64,000 nucleotides of DNA from Gloeobacterales cyanobacterium (GTDB taxonomy: Bacteria > Cyanobacteriota > Cyanobacteriia > Gloeobacterales > PMM-0068), in NCBI GenBank assembly GCA_038245785.1, contig JBBRSB010000003.1:64001-128000 (forward strand), read 5' to 3'. A model generated the notes under the pieces. The model made no database searches. It saw only the letters and a list, made by a program, of their open reading frames with translations, and was not told where the DNA came from. Position numbers and translations under genes: made by a program. Below, one piece after another: positions 1 through 10,141 of the stretch. Position 1 is the first letter of the stretch; each line of letters starts with the position of its first letter.

Positions 1-1
1 A

Positions 2-415
2 CAAATCCATTCACCGTTGAACTATGTCGCCCATCACTTATCCGAAGTAGGAGAAACACAAACACAAATGATCTCAGCAGAGATTCAAATCGGTCAAAAC
101 CTGCAAACGGTCTATGGACATGGCAATGGTCCTATTGATGCGTTCTTGAATGCGCTGAGCCTCGGTGTCCATATTCATGCTTATGAAGAGCGCTCCCTTG
201 ATCAAGGCAGTGATGCCGAAGCGATCGCTTATATCGAGCTTGCAGGAGATTGGATGCAAGGCTCCCTTTACGGCGTCGGCATTCATGTCAATACCGTTAC
301 GGCTTCATTGTTAGCCATTCTCAGTGCCGTGAACCGAGCGATCAACGATGTTGATGGACCGATTCGAGATCGGTTGCTACAACGTTTCGAAAAAAACTCA
401 GTATCTATCTTGTAA
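2..415 (+). CDS. leuA: 2-isopropylmalate synthase, C-terminal regulatory domain (5' part lies outside the window)
   Basis: GNGPIDAF, YEERSL..GSDAEAIAYIE and YGVGI..NTVTASL.AILSAVNRA match the LeuA allosteric domain; the frame is open from the window start. Confidence 0.85.
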   Translation, partial: QIHSPLNYVAHHLSEVGETQTQMISAEIQIGQNLQTVYGHGNGPIDAFLNALSLGVHIHAYEERSLDQGSDAEAIAYIELAGDWMQGSLYGVGIHVNTVTASLLAILSAVNRAINDVDGPIRDRLLQRFEKNSVSIL

Positions 416-502
416 TCGGCTTTGGCTTATGGATCAAAATCGAAGGCATGCGCTATTGCCTCCTCAGACGTACTATATGTAGGCATATAGGGTACAAACA
501 AA

Positions 503-1717
503 ATGTGGCGCACCATCCCCCATGGGGTTACAGCAGCGAAAAGATTTTATGCAGGCGCTCTCGCTGCGGGCATTAAGCCCTCAGGCAAACCAGACCTCGC
601 TCTAATCGGCTCTGAAGTGGACGCCGTGGCCGCAGGCACCTTTACTCGTAACGCCTTCAGAGCCGCCTGCGTCAATATCAACGAACAACGCGTGCGGGAA
701 CAGGCCACGATGAGGGCTATTGTTGTCAATGCTGGAAATGCTAATGCCGCAACTGGAGAAGCAGGGATTCAAGCTGTCTATGAAACGGCAGAGATTTTTG
801 CACGCTTGCTTGAAGTTAGCCCAGAAAAAATTCTTGTCGCTTCTACCGGTGTGATTGGCGTACCTTTGCCCATGCAAAAGATTCGCAAAAGTGCATCTCG
901 ATTGGTCTCTGCAGTTTCTACAGAGGATGGTTCTGAAGAGGCTGCTCAAGCCATTTTGACTACTGATTTAATCGAGAAGACCATTGCTCTGGAAGGGGAG
1001 ATTGCCGGAAAAACCGTGCGTATCGGTGGCATCGCCAAAGGATCAGGCATGATCCATCCAAACATGGCTACCCTCTTAGGATTCATCACCTCCGATGTGG
1101 CTGTGGAAAAATCCCTTTGGCAGGAATTGCTCTCCAGAGCCGTAGAGATTTCTTTTAACCAAATCACGGTCGATGGAGATACCAGCACCAATGACATGAT
1201 TTTGGCACTAGCGAACGGGGCAGCGGGCAATCCTGTGATTACCGATACTCAGAGTCCAGAAGCCCATATCCTGGAGCAAATGCTCACCGTAGTCTGTATC
1301 GATCTCGCCAAGAAGGTGGCGCGGGATGGGGAAGGGGCCACCAAAATTGTGGAAGTGCAAGTAATGGGAGCCGAGGATGACCCAGCTGCTCGTCTTGTGG
1401 CTCGGACCGTAGCTGGATCTTCTCTCGTGAAATCTGCCTTTTTTGGCATGGATCCAAACTGGGGACGAATTGCTGCCGCTGCGGGGCGGGCAGGGGTGCC
1501 CTTTGAAGCTAAGGACTTAGCCGTTTGGTTGGGCGATTTTCACCTAATGGAATCCGGAGAACCTCTAGAATTTGACCGAGAAGCAGCTTCAGACTATCTG
1601 CGTAGAGAAGAGGTCTTGGTCAGAGTTGGTTTGGGCTCTGGAGCAGGTAAGGGAACAGCCTGGGGCTGTGATTTGAGCTATGACTATGTGCGCATCAACG
1701 CTGAATATACAACTTGA
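503..1717 (+). CDS. argJ: Bifunctional ornithine acetyltransferase / N-acetylglutamate synthase
   Basis: VNAGNANAATG, STGVIG, AKGSGMIHPNMAT (autocleavage Thr), DGDTSTND, DPNWGR, WGCDLSYDYVRINAEY. Confidence 0.97.
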   Translation: MWRTIPHGVTAAKRFYAGALAAGIKPSGKPDLALIGSEVDAVAAGTFTRNAFRAACVNINEQRVREQATMRAIVVNAGNANAATGEAGIQAVYETAEIFARLLEVSPEKILVASTGVIGVPLPMQKIRKSASRLVSAVSTEDGSEEAAQAILTTDLIEKTIALEGEIAGKTVRIGGIAKGSGMIHPNMATLLGFITSDVAVEKSLWQELLSRAVEISFNQITVDGDTSTNDMILALANGAAGNPVITDTQSPEAHILEQMLTVVCIDLAKKVARDGEGATKIVEVQVMGAEDDPAARLVARTVAGSSLVKSAFFGMDPNWGRIAAAAGRAGVPFEAKDLAVWLGDFHLMESGEPLEFDREAASDYLRREEVLVRVGLGSGAGKGTAWGCDLSYDYVRINAEYTT

Positions 1718-1725
1718 TAAGTTTG

Positions 1726-1833
1726 TAAGTAGCTAGGTGGAATTAAGAAGACCCCCTATAGTCCCCCTTGCTTTAGGCAAAGCCTTTCCGGAGGGTAGGG
1801 GTAGGGGGACGGCGATAGCCGGGGGTTAGTCCG
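1726..1833 (+). repeat. Short dispersed palindromic repeat (MITE/REP-like), copy 1
   Basis: TAAGTAGCTAGGTGGAATTAA...GTCCCCCTTG...CCGGAGGGT..GGGGGACGGCGATAGCCGGGG; close to the reverse complement of 7043-7148. Confidence 0.85.
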
Positions 1834-1851
1834 CTAACCAAACCTTAAACT
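1833..1851 (+). promoter_or_regulatory. Putative SphR/PhoB (Pho) box
   Basis: GCTAACCA-AAC-CTTAAACT, an 8-3-8 direct repeat resembling cyanobacterial CTTAACCT Pho boxes, about 135 bp upstream of an alkaline phosphatase. Confidence 0.45.
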
Positions 1852-1984
1852 CAGCCCTTTAGGATTCTCGTCGAGCGGTAGTTTTTTGAGTGAAATACTG
1901 CTGTTTTCACTTGAACGTAATATTTTTTGCGTTTCAACTGACGCCTTCAAAACCTCGTTTCACTGCCGATATGGAGTTTGCTCA

Positions 1985-4264
1985 ATGAAAAAATTTGTGC
2001 GGTTGCATAGAGGCATTGCCTTAGCAACCACCCTTGGTTTGGGTTGCCTCCTGATGGGATTACCAGCCTTTGCGGGTGCAGATGATGATACACAGAAGGC
2101 CAATATTGCGCCTGTCCTGGGTGCACCTCCTTTTTCGGATAACCCGACCAATGCCAGCCCGACCGTAGGTTTGCGGATTTTTCCTCCTACCGATACGCAA
2201 CTGATTGAAAAACAGCGTTTCGATTTGCGGATTGAAACCCAAGTTCCTGGAGCCACAACGCCTGTTCTCAAAAGCGTCAAAATCAATGGTGCTGAAATAA
2301 CGGATGCTTTTACCAAGAAGATTGAACAACAGGGAACTGGACTTGAAAGTGGAACTCCTGCTCTAGCCACTCTTTATGGAGCCACCGCCCGTAACCGTAG
2401 TTTCTCGAGTGGCAAGTACACTGTTGAAGCTGTTGTGACCGTGGATGGGATAGACTACACGGTTAAAAATGAATATGATGTTGCCGAGTTTGCGCTCTCG
2501 CCAAAAGTAAAACATGTAGTTTTCTTCCTCGGAGATGCGATGGGTCTCCCGATTCGGACGGCGGCCCGTATCTATGGCAAGGGCATCTTTGAGGGTCGCG
2601 CTAAGGGCAGACTGAATATGGACAAGATGGGCACCTATGGCCTCGTCTCTACCTCATCCTTCGATAGTACGATTACAGACTCAGCTCCTGGTATGGCGAG
2701 CTATGTCACAGGCATGAAGCAACCGAACAATGCCCTAAATGTTTCACCAGACAATACGCCGGAGAGTGGCCTCGACAATCCGCGCATTGAGACCCTTTGG
2801 GAATACATGAAGCGGCGTCACGGTTGGGCCACGGGCGTTGTCAGTGATGCTTTTGTGACGGATGCAACTCCTGCCGCTACAGCAGCGCACTCAAGAGCCC
2901 GCAGCAATCGTACGGCCATTGCTCAGCAATTTTTAGACTTCTACCAAGATGGCGCAGCCCAGCCTGCCGCTGGCTATAAAGCTTTGAAGAATCTCACCCA
3001 ACCGCTGGATGTGATTCTAGGGGGAGCAGCGCGCGATTGGCTTCCTGTAGGCAACCCAACCTTGCTCAATTTCTATCAGGCCACCAGCACTCAAGGTCGC
3101 ACAGATTCCCTAAACCTATTCGATACGGCTCTTGCCCAGGGCTACTCTGTGGTCAAGGATAAGGACGAACTGGCTAGTGCCCCAGCCAACAAGCCACTCT
3201 TGGGGATTTTTGCTGGGGATTTCCGGCCTGGTAATGCGCTTGGGGGCGATAATATTCCCGGAGTGCTGGATCGTTTAGTTGCTCGGGGAGACGCAAAAAT
3301 CGGCGGCAAGGATGCTGCTGCAGTGGGCATGAATGCCAGCCCACCCGTGGGTACAGCGTGTGGCAGTACTATCCAGCAGTGTTTCCAAAACATTCCTTCT
3401 AAACAGGAAATGGTGCAAAAGGCTATTCAAGTTCTTAATGCTAAGAATCCAGAAGGTTGGATTTTGCTGGTTGAGCAGTCCCAAATCGATAAGTTGGCTC
3501 ATCCCTTGGAATATGAACGGGTCGTCTACGAAGCCCTTGAGCTTGATGGGGCCTTGGGACTAGTACTGAACGGGCAAGCCAAAGATGGCAGAACGCTGAC
3601 GGTAGTAACGGCAGACCATGCTCAACCAGAGAGCATTATTGGCGTCACGATACCGAGTGCTATCAATGGCGGCCCTGGTGCTCCTATCTCGCCAGGAGGT
3701 TGCTTCAATAACTCCCTCTCTGCGGATGCCACTACAGGTTCTCTAAATCTCTCAATTGCTGGAGCAGGGGCTGCAACCAGTCCTTGTGCCCTCCAGGATG
3801 CTATTGGCACGTTTAATGACAGCACCTTCCCGACCTATATTGATGCCAATAATGATGGCTTTCCCGACGACCCAGATGCAACGGTCAAGCTTGTCCTCGA
3901 CGATGGCGGTAGACCAACCTATAGCCAGGATTTCCTGACCAATGCCATCCCCTTGAATCCCTCGGGTAGAACGGCAGCGATTCCAAATCCGCTCCGAGAT
4001 CCCCAAGGCCTTCTGATGACGGGGAACATGCCGACCCGCAACGTTCCTCCCATCAGTAAGGATGAAGGCAATGTTGGGGTTGCTCCTCACTCTGCTGATG
4101 ATGTGGTGCTGAGTGCTTCTGGTCCAGGCAGTAATTTGTTCGGAGGGACGTTCGAGAACTCAGATACGTTAGAGCGTTTGGCCGCCGCCCTTTCTGGTGG
4201 AGGACGCAGAGAGAACGAAAGGTATAGAGGCGTAATGAACATCAAAGAATTCGTGGAGCCGTAA
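1985..4264 (+). CDS. Secreted alkaline phosphatase (PhoA superfamily) with N-terminal extension
   Basis: Signal peptide from ATG 1985; FFLGDAMG, TDSAPG (catalytic Ser), TDATPA, EQSQIDKLAH, TADH and HSADDV metal-site motifs. Confidence 0.9.
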   Translation: MKKFVRLHRGIALATTLGLGCLLMGLPAFAGADDDTQKANIAPVLGAPPFSDNPTNASPTVGLRIFPPTDTQLIEKQRFDLRIETQVPGATTPVLKSVKINGAEITDAFTKKIEQQGTGLESGTPALATLYGATARNRSFSSGKYTVEAVVTVDGIDYTVKNEYDVAEFALSPKVKHVVFFLGDAMGLPIRTAARIYGKGIFEGRAKGRLNMDKMGTYGLVSTSSFDSTITDSAPGMASYVTGMKQPNNALNVSPDNTPESGLDNPRIETLWEYMKRRHGWATGVVSDAFVTDATPAATAAHSRARSNRTAIAQQFLDFYQDGAAQPAAGYKALKNLTQPLDVILGGAARDWLPVGNPTLLNFYQATSTQGRTDSLNLFDTALAQGYSVVKDKDELASAPANKPLLGIFAGDFRPGNALGGDNIPGVLDRLVARGDAKIGGKDAAAVGMNASPPVGTACGSTIQQCFQNIPSKQEMVQKAIQVLNAKNPEGWILLVEQSQIDKLAHPLEYERVVYEALELDGALGLVLNGQAKDGRTLTVVTADHAQPESIIGVTIPSAINGGPGAPISPGGCFNNSLSADATTGSLNLSIAGAGAATSPCALQDAIGTFNDSTFPTYIDANNDGFPDDPDATVKLVLDDGGRPTYSQDFLTNAIPLNPSGRTAAIPNPLRDPQGLLMTGNMPTRNVPPISKDEGNVGVAPHSADDVVLSASGPGSNLFGGTFENSDTLERLAAALSGGGRRENERYRGVMNIKEFVEP

Positions 4265-4285
4265 AAGCAGCCAGTGTGTGTATTA

Positions 4286-4313
4286 CAGGCCAGGGGAATA
4301 TTCTCCTGGCCTG
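4286..4313 (+). other. Intergenic stem-loop after the phosphatase gene
   Basis: CAGGCCAGGGGAA-TA-TTCTCCTGGCCTG; lacks a strong U-tract, so may stabilise mRNA rather than terminate. Confidence 0.55.
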
Positions 4314-4338
4314 CTCTTATTAAGTTCAGGAGAATGTC

Positions 4339-4689
4339 ATGAAATATTCAGTAGGCCTCATTAGCCTCGGACTTTTGGGATTCCTCCAGAACCCAGCCTC
4401 CGCAGGAACCATCTACGGCCGCGTCTTCGATACGCTGCGCAACGCCGGAAAAGGCGAAGTTCTGGCCCAGGCAAAAGTTACCTTGCGCAGCAATCCACCT
4501 CAGACCGTGACCACAGACACCTATGGCCAATACCAATTTGAAGGGGTACCAGAGGGTGCCTATCTCATTCGCATTCAAGCGCCAAAGCGTGAAGAGGTAA
4601 TTACCCGTTTGATTGTCCGCCAAGGCGTCACGATTGCGAACCTGGATTTCAGCAAAATCCTGGCACCAGATGAAGATGACGAATACTAG
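4339..4689 (+). CDS. Secreted carboxypeptidase-regulatory-like (transthyretin-like beta-sandwich) protein
   Basis: AGGAG RBS; signal peptide; GTIYGRVFD...A.VTL...TTD..GQYQF..VP.G.Y pattern. Confidence 0.75.
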   Translation: MKYSVGLISLGLLGFLQNPASAGTIYGRVFDTLRNAGKGEVLAQAKVTLRSNPPQTVTTDTYGQYQFEGVPEGAYLIRIQAPKREEVITRLIVRQGVTIANLDFSKILAPDEDDEY

Positions 4690-4747
4690 GCAGTTAGAAT
4701 AGCCTATGTACCTGCCCTGGCGGGCTATGGTAGTATCGTTGCTGCCT

Positions 4748-4821
4748 GCGGGTATAGTTTAGTGGCAAAACGGAAGCTTCCCAAGCTTCAGTTGCGAGTT
4801 CGATTCTCGCTACCCGCTCCA
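4748..4821 (+). tRNA. tRNA-Gly (CCC)
   Basis: GCGGGTA/TACCCGC acceptor stem, anticodon arm GAAGC-TTCCCAA-GCTTC, T-loop GTTCGA, encoded CCA. Confidence 0.96.
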
Positions 4822-4875
4822 GCTTTTCAAGGTCAGTTGTACAGTGACTAATTATGTACAGTGACGAGTTATTTG

Positions 4876-5808
4876 TCATCGGTGGGGAAGAACTGGCGAA
4901 GCCCATTTCCCTAAGTAGCGCAGGAGTTGTAAAGAATTAGCCCATAAACGATATAAACGTGGATGATGATAAGGCCATAAAGCTTCTCGAAGGGCTTGTT
5001 TGACTTCGTTACTCTGATTATCCGTAGCAATATATTCAGCCAACCAGTTCAAAAAAACTAAATGCGTAGGATTTGGCTGAAAAGGATGCCATTGTCCTGT
5101 GTCCTGTGCGCCAGAACAACAACTATCCACATGTTGACGATAGTAGTCTGTACATTCGCTATCAGCAAACACGGGAAATTGGAGTAAGACCTTGGATAAA
5201 AAGGCTAGATCCTCATACATACCCCTGAAAGATTCTTCGAATCCACCAATCTTTTCGACCAAGGCTCGCCGGATCAAGAACGAACTGGTAGCTGGTGACT
5301 CGGCTTTTCTTTTGAGACAGAGGGAAAGCAGCTTAGGAGGATAAACCAAGGTATTCGGGGATACTCCTAGGTCTCGATTACGCTCATATGACTTATCCTC
5401 AGCGTGTCCTGACCAGCCATACCACATTAAGGCAGGACCATAGACCATTCCAACTTCAGGGCGAGTTTCTAAAATTGCGACCTGACGTTCTAGCTTTTGG
5501 GATAACCAAATATCATCAGCATCCAAAAAAGCAAGGTAATCTCCCTGAGCATGGTGAATTCCCAAATTGCGCGCAGCACTCATTCCACGATTTTGATGAC
5601 CGGGGTGCTCTAGATAGTGCACTTTATCAGGATGCTGTTGGGCATAGTGCAGGGCAATCTGTGTGCTGCTATCTGTAGAACCATCATCTACCAAAAACAA
5701 TTCCCAGTGCTCATATACTTGGCTGAAAACGCTCTCTACGGCTTCCCGAATATACTGCTCGCCATTCAAGAAAATAATTACACAAGAAACTAGTGGCTTA
5801 GCAAGCAT
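4876..5808 (-). CDS. Glycosyltransferase family 2
   Basis: VDDGSTD, ARNLG, AFLDADD, YED motifs. Confidence 0.92.
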   Translation of the reverse strand: MLAKPLVSCVIIFLNGEQYIREAVESVFSQVYEHWELFLVDDGSTDSSTQIALHYAQQHPDKVHYLEHPGHQNRGMSAARNLGIHHAQGDYLAFLDADDIWLSQKLERQVAILETRPEVGMVYGPALMWYGWSGHAEDKSYERNRDLGVSPNTLVYPPKLLSLCLKRKAESPATSSFLIRRALVEKIGGFEESFRGMYEDLAFLSKVLLQFPVFADSECTDYYRQHVDSCCSGAQDTGQWHPFQPNPTHLVFLNWLAEYIATDNQSNEVKQALREALWPYHHPRLYRLWANSLQLLRYLGKWASPVLPHR

Positions 5809-5919
5809 TGAGTATCCCTTCTAGACATAAAAAGCCTTGAGCTTTACAAAAAACATAATCTCAACAAAAGCGCCCAATGGATGTACAACATAAGGACTGA
5901 GGCTATATTCGATTCAAAA

Positions 5920-7011
5920 TTATAGAGAACTTTTGAGTTGCTTTACTCGTACGCTATACAAGTCGTTAGACAACTTATAGCTTTGCTCGGCAGCTTGCTT
6001 GATGATTTCCAAATCAATTTTAGATTTTCTAAATCTTTTTCTCCATTGCATCCAAGATTGATGAGTTAAAAATAAGGAAGCAATGGGTTGCACAAGAAGA
6101 TAGATGGATTGCCGGAATATCAGCTTACGAACTTCTGGGCGTGATAGAAGAGAAGAATCTACGTTACAGGCTTTTATCATCCAAAGAAGGGAATCTCTAT
6201 GCGCTCCTACTTGTTGACATTTTCCAGCAAAATAGTAATACATCTCTGCCAAAGACCAGCGATATAGCTCAGCGGATACTTCAGGATAAAGCTTTTTCGC
6301 GATATCCATAACCAGATGATAGGAGCGTTCCATTTGCTGCCAATCATTAGACATACTCTCGGTAACTTGACGATAGGCAATTAAAATTTCCGGTACCGTT
6401 CGAAATTCATAATGTTGTGCAATTCTTAGGCCCAACTCCCAGTCTTCAAGGCCCTGAGCATTTCTTTGCTTGAGTTCTTGATTGTAAAAGCCAACCTTTT
6501 CTAGAGCGGCACGGCGGATAAGCGGTATGCTGGCAGGAATTGGGTTGTGATAGATCAGCAACTCCTGAACACACCCGTCAGCACGATTAGCTACCCAACC
6601 ATTCATCAATTCGCCATCTTCATCGATAAAGACAAACCAGGAAGAGACAATGCCTACCTGACTACCGCCTTCAAGCATACATGCTACTTGCTTCTCTAGC
6701 TTCAATGGATACCAAATGTCATCTGCATCAATCGGCGCGATGTACACTCCTTTAGCATGGTGAATAGCAAGATTTCTAGCCGCTGCTACTCCTTGATTTT
6801 CCTGACGCAAGAGTATAATTCTTTTGTCTTCCAGAGCTCTCTGCCGAACAATATCTACCGTCCGGTCTTTAGAACCATCATCGACAACAATTATTTCAAA
6901 ATCTTGATAGGTTTGAGCTAAAACAGAATCAATAGTTTCATCAATAAAATTTTCTGCATTGTATGCAGGAATAATAACTGAAATGAGAGGATTCTGTTCC
7001 TGCATTTTCAC
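5920..7011 (-). CDS. Glycosyltransferase family 2
   Basis: SVIIPAYN, VDDGSKD, ARNLAI, IDADD, LED motifs. Confidence 0.92.
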   Translation of the reverse strand: MKMQEQNPLISVIIPAYNAENFIDETIDSVLAQTYQDFEIIVVDDGSKDRTVDIVRQRALEDKRIILLRQENQGVAAARNLAIHHAKGVYIAPIDADDIWYPLKLEKQVACMLEGGSQVGIVSSWFVFIDEDGELMNGWVANRADGCVQELLIYHNPIPASIPLIRRAALEKVGFYNQELKQRNAQGLEDWELGLRIAQHYEFRTVPEILIAYRQVTESMSNDWQQMERSYHLVMDIAKKLYPEVSAELYRWSLAEMYYYFAGKCQQVGAHRDSLLWMIKACNVDSSLLSRPEVRKLIFRQSIYLLVQPIASLFLTHQSWMQWRKRFRKSKIDLEIIKQAAEQSYKLSNDLYSVRVKQLKSSL

Positions 7012-7042
7012 GGTGCCTTCTAAAAACAGTCGGAGATATTAC

Positions 7043-7148
7043 GTGGGTGGGCTTAACCCCGGCTATCGCCGTCCCCCACCCTCCGGGAAGGCTACGCCTA
7101 GTGCCAAGGGGAACTACAGAGGGTCTTTTAATTCCACCTAGCTACTTA
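7043..7148 (-). repeat. Short dispersed palindromic repeat, copy 2 (begins with the TAA stop of the upstream GT4 gene)
   Basis: Minus strand reads TAAGTAGCTAGGTGGAATTAAAAGACCCTCTGTAGTTCCCCTTGG...GGGGGACGGCGATAGCCGGGG, matching 1726-1833. Confidence 0.85.
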
Positions 7149-8330
7149 CGGGGTAACTTTATCAGAATATGTAAACAGCAAATCTTGGTATAAATGAGCT
7201 GTTCTACGAACCATAGAGCTAAGATGAAACTTTTCTTGCCAACGTTTACAGCCTGCCCGACCCATTTTTTTGTGGAGATCCTGGTCTGATAATAACTGGA
7301 GAATAGAGGCTACATAGCCATCAATATCAGGAGGAAAAACAATAAATCCTGTTTCTCCTTCCTTGACCAAATCACTAGAACCCGTCACATTGCTCAACAC
7401 ACAGGGAAGACCCGCACGCATCGCTTCCATCGGAGTATAGCTTAAGGCTTCGTAGTCTGAACTCAGCAAAAAAACATCCAACTCTAGAAGTGCTGTTTCA
7501 ACATTATCTAGCCAGCCTGTAATCTGCACCTTTTCAGTCAAATGTTTGGACTGGATCATCTGCTCAATCTCTGGGCGCATCTCACCATCTCCTATCCACC
7601 GGAATTCAACATTATGAAACTTCTCTAAAGTTCGTTCTGCAATTTCAATAAATCGTTTAGGCGCTTTTTGTTGACTAAGGCGACCGACCGTACCTACTAC
7701 GAATTTTCTAGTCGGGTCACTAAGATTGATTGCGGCTGAAGAACGAGTGAAAACTGTACTTGGAATACCACTATTAATCATATATATTTTTTGTTTGGGG
7801 CCAATTTTATGACTGATTAATTCTTCTTTTTCTGTGCTACTGACTGCAATAATGGCATCGCTTAACATCCATCCAGCTAATACTTCTAAAACGTGATATT
7901 TAGAAGATAATCTAAAGGGACTTGCATTGGGAGTATAAATCGACTTGCTTCGACCAGAGATTTTTGCTGCTAGTCTGCCAATATAGCCAGCCTTCGCACT
8001 ATGTGTATGAACAATATCAATTTCATGTCGCTTGATGTAGTCAACCACTTTTATCACGGCTCTTGCGTCCACGGATGGATTGATAGACCGTGTCATATCA
8101 CACTCAAAACAGCTCACTCCAAGAGATTCGAGTATTTTCTGATTTTCCTTGAAGTTCCCATCTGCTCGGCGAAGGGAATAGCCAAGGTGAAGTTCTACTT
8201 TATCTGGATAGTCTTGATTGAGACCATTGAGTAAATCGATAACATGGCGGCGTACTCCGGCTAAAGTTGATTCTACTAAATGCAAGACTCTTATGGGTCT
8301 ACATTGGCCATGGGAATCTGGGAGGTCCAT
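7146..8330 (-). CDS. Glycosyltransferase family 4
   Basis: DIVHTHSAKAG, VGRLSQQKAP, E-x7-E (YEALSYTPMEAM). Confidence 0.92.
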   Translation of the reverse strand: MDLPDSHGQCRPIRVLHLVESTLAGVRRHVIDLLNGLNQDYPDKVELHLGYSLRRADGNFKENQKILESLGVSCFECDMTRSINPSVDARAVIKVVDYIKRHEIDIVHTHSAKAGYIGRLAAKISGRSKSIYTPNASPFRLSSKYHVLEVLAGWMLSDAIIAVSSTEKEELISHKIGPKQKIYMINSGIPSTVFTRSSAAINLSDPTRKFVVGTVGRLSQQKAPKRFIEIAERTLEKFHNVEFRWIGDGEMRPEIEQMIQSKHLTEKVQITGWLDNVETALLELDVFLLSSDYEALSYTPMEAMRAGLPCVLSNVTGSSDLVKEGETGFIVFPPDIDGYVASILQLLSDQDLHKKMGRAGCKRWQEKFHLSSMVRRTAHLYQDLLFTYSDKVTP

Positions 8331-8533
8331 ATCTTTTTCTGATCTCCGTGATGATAAGCTAAGTTGAAAATTTCTCAGTCTTTGAGCATTGCTACGTACA
8401 CGCGCTGTGATTCGCTACATGTCTTTCAGGCGTGAGAGGGTTAGCACAGGTATCAGAAACAATGATGGGAATGCTCCGAGCGGCGGCTTCCGCTACGACT
8501 AAGGGCTATCCCTCGTACCACAGAGAAGGCAGC

Positions 8534-9970
8534 TTAGTAAGCATCATCGGGAAACAAAATGACTTTGAAGGTCTGGGCCAAGAGATAGATATCAAGCCAA
8601 ACAGACCAATTGCGTACATAGTAGGTATCCATCGCCAAGCGCTCTTCAAAAGTCACCGTACTCCGGCCACTGGTTTGCCAAATACCCGTTATTCCAGGCG
8701 GCACTTTCAAAATGAAATCTTGGGTTCCCTGCATTTGGGTGATCTGCCGTTGCAGATAGGGTCTAGGGCCTACCAAACTCATCTCTCCTTTCAAGACATT
8801 CCAGAGCTGTGGTAATTCGTCCAGGCTGAGTTTGCGAATCCATTTTCCGACTCGGGTAATCCGAGGGTCATCTTTGATTTTGCCGTAGATTCTAAATTCT
8901 TCGATCAACTCCGGAGAGAGATTTTTAAATCGCTCTTCTGCATCCAGATACATAGTCCTAAACTTAAAAATCTTGAAAAAACGTCCGCCTGCTCCTGGCC
9001 TTTCCTGTGCAAAAAGAATCGGGCCTGATGAATCCAGGCGCGTTAAGAGCGCCACGATAGCGATCGGAACCAAAAACACAGCCCCTGCAAGCAGGGCAAT
9101 AGCTAAGTCCAAAATACGTTTGGTCCGTAGTGAGCTGGGCAAAAGTAGCCTTTGGCGAACTTCAAACCCAAACAAACCATCTAAGTCTTTTGCCACCGTC
9201 CAGAGACTGGAACAGCCAAAAAGGTCAGGGATGACCAGTAAGTCTTGAAAGGTTTGACCATAACGTTCCAGCAGTTGGGTCAGCTGCTCGCGGGACATGC
9301 CAGACATCGCAAAAATGGCATAGCGGATACCATACTTTTCAGCCAGCGCTCCGGCAGATTCAATTTCGCTCATCAACGGTAAGGGAACGGGAAAAGTTTC
9401 TAGGGCTTTGGGGTTATCATCCAAGACCGCTACAGGCTTGAGACCAAGCTCTGGTTTTTGTTTTAGCGTTCGGATTATCCTTTCTCCAATTTCGCCTGCT
9501 CCAAAAACAATAACCGGATATCCCCACCAAGCCTTGCGGATGAAAAGGGAACGAAATGCCGCTCGGCTCAGGGGAACTAGGACTAAAGAGCAGACCCAGG
9601 CCAGTAGGAAGGCCGTGCGGGAATAGGTGCCTGCATCTTTGGATAGAAAGCTGGTCGCCCCCAAGGCCAAATAAATCAGTGTAGTTGCTCGACTAAGACG
9701 GAGCAGTTCATCCGGTCCTGAAAGAGCGATTCCAGGGTAAAGGCCCTTGAGTGCATAAGCCAGAACAAAGGGGACCAGAGCCAGTAGAAGGCTTAAGTAA
9801 ACTATAGGGTTCATCCCTGGATTAAACACAGAGCTAACGTAGAACCCAAAGATGCCTGAGAGCATGAGGGCGAGAATGTCAGCAGACATCAACAAACTCA
9901 CCATTAGCCAGTGAGACTGAAAGACCTTAACCGTCGGAAGAGTGGATTCTGGTAACTTTGTGATTGTCAT
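8534..9970 (-). CDS. wbaP: Undecaprenyl-phosphate sugar phosphotransferase (WbaP-type priming transferase), copy 1
   Basis: N-terminal TM helices, [51 protein letters not shown]. Confidence 0.9.
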   Translation of the reverse strand: MTITKLPESTLPTVKVFQSHWLMVSLLMSADILALMLSGIFGFYVSSVFNPGMNPIVYLSLLLALVPFVLAYALKGLYPGIALSGPDELLRLSRATTLIYLALGATSFLSKDAGTYSRTAFLLAWVCSLVLVPLSRAAFRSLFIRKAWWGYPVIVFGAGEIGERIIRTLKQKPELGLKPVAVLDDNPKALETFPVPLPLMSEIESAGALAEKYGIRYAIFAMSGMSREQLTQLLERYGQTFQDLLVIPDLFGCSSLWTVAKDLDGLFGFEVRQRLLLPSSLRTKRILDLAIALLAGAVFLVPIAIVALLTRLDSSGPILFAQERPGAGGRFFKIFKFRTMYLDAEERFKNLSPELIEEFRIYGKIKDDPRITRVGKWIRKLSLDELPQLWNVLKGEMSLVGPRPYLQRQITQMQGTQDFILKVPPGITGIWQTSGRSTVTFEERLAMDTYYVRNWSVWLDIYLLAQTFKVILFPDDAY

Positions 9971-10141
9971 CAATGCACCTTCGAACTTTTGGATTGCTTG
10001 TGCAGATTGCTTTTGCGTTCTAAAAAGAACTAGGACGCCCTCATCCCCCAACCCACTCTGGGTCTATCTGTACGAAAACCAATGAGTAGACCGAAGGCTG
10101 GGAAAGCAGCTTTATTATGGGGAATTGATATTGATAAAAAG

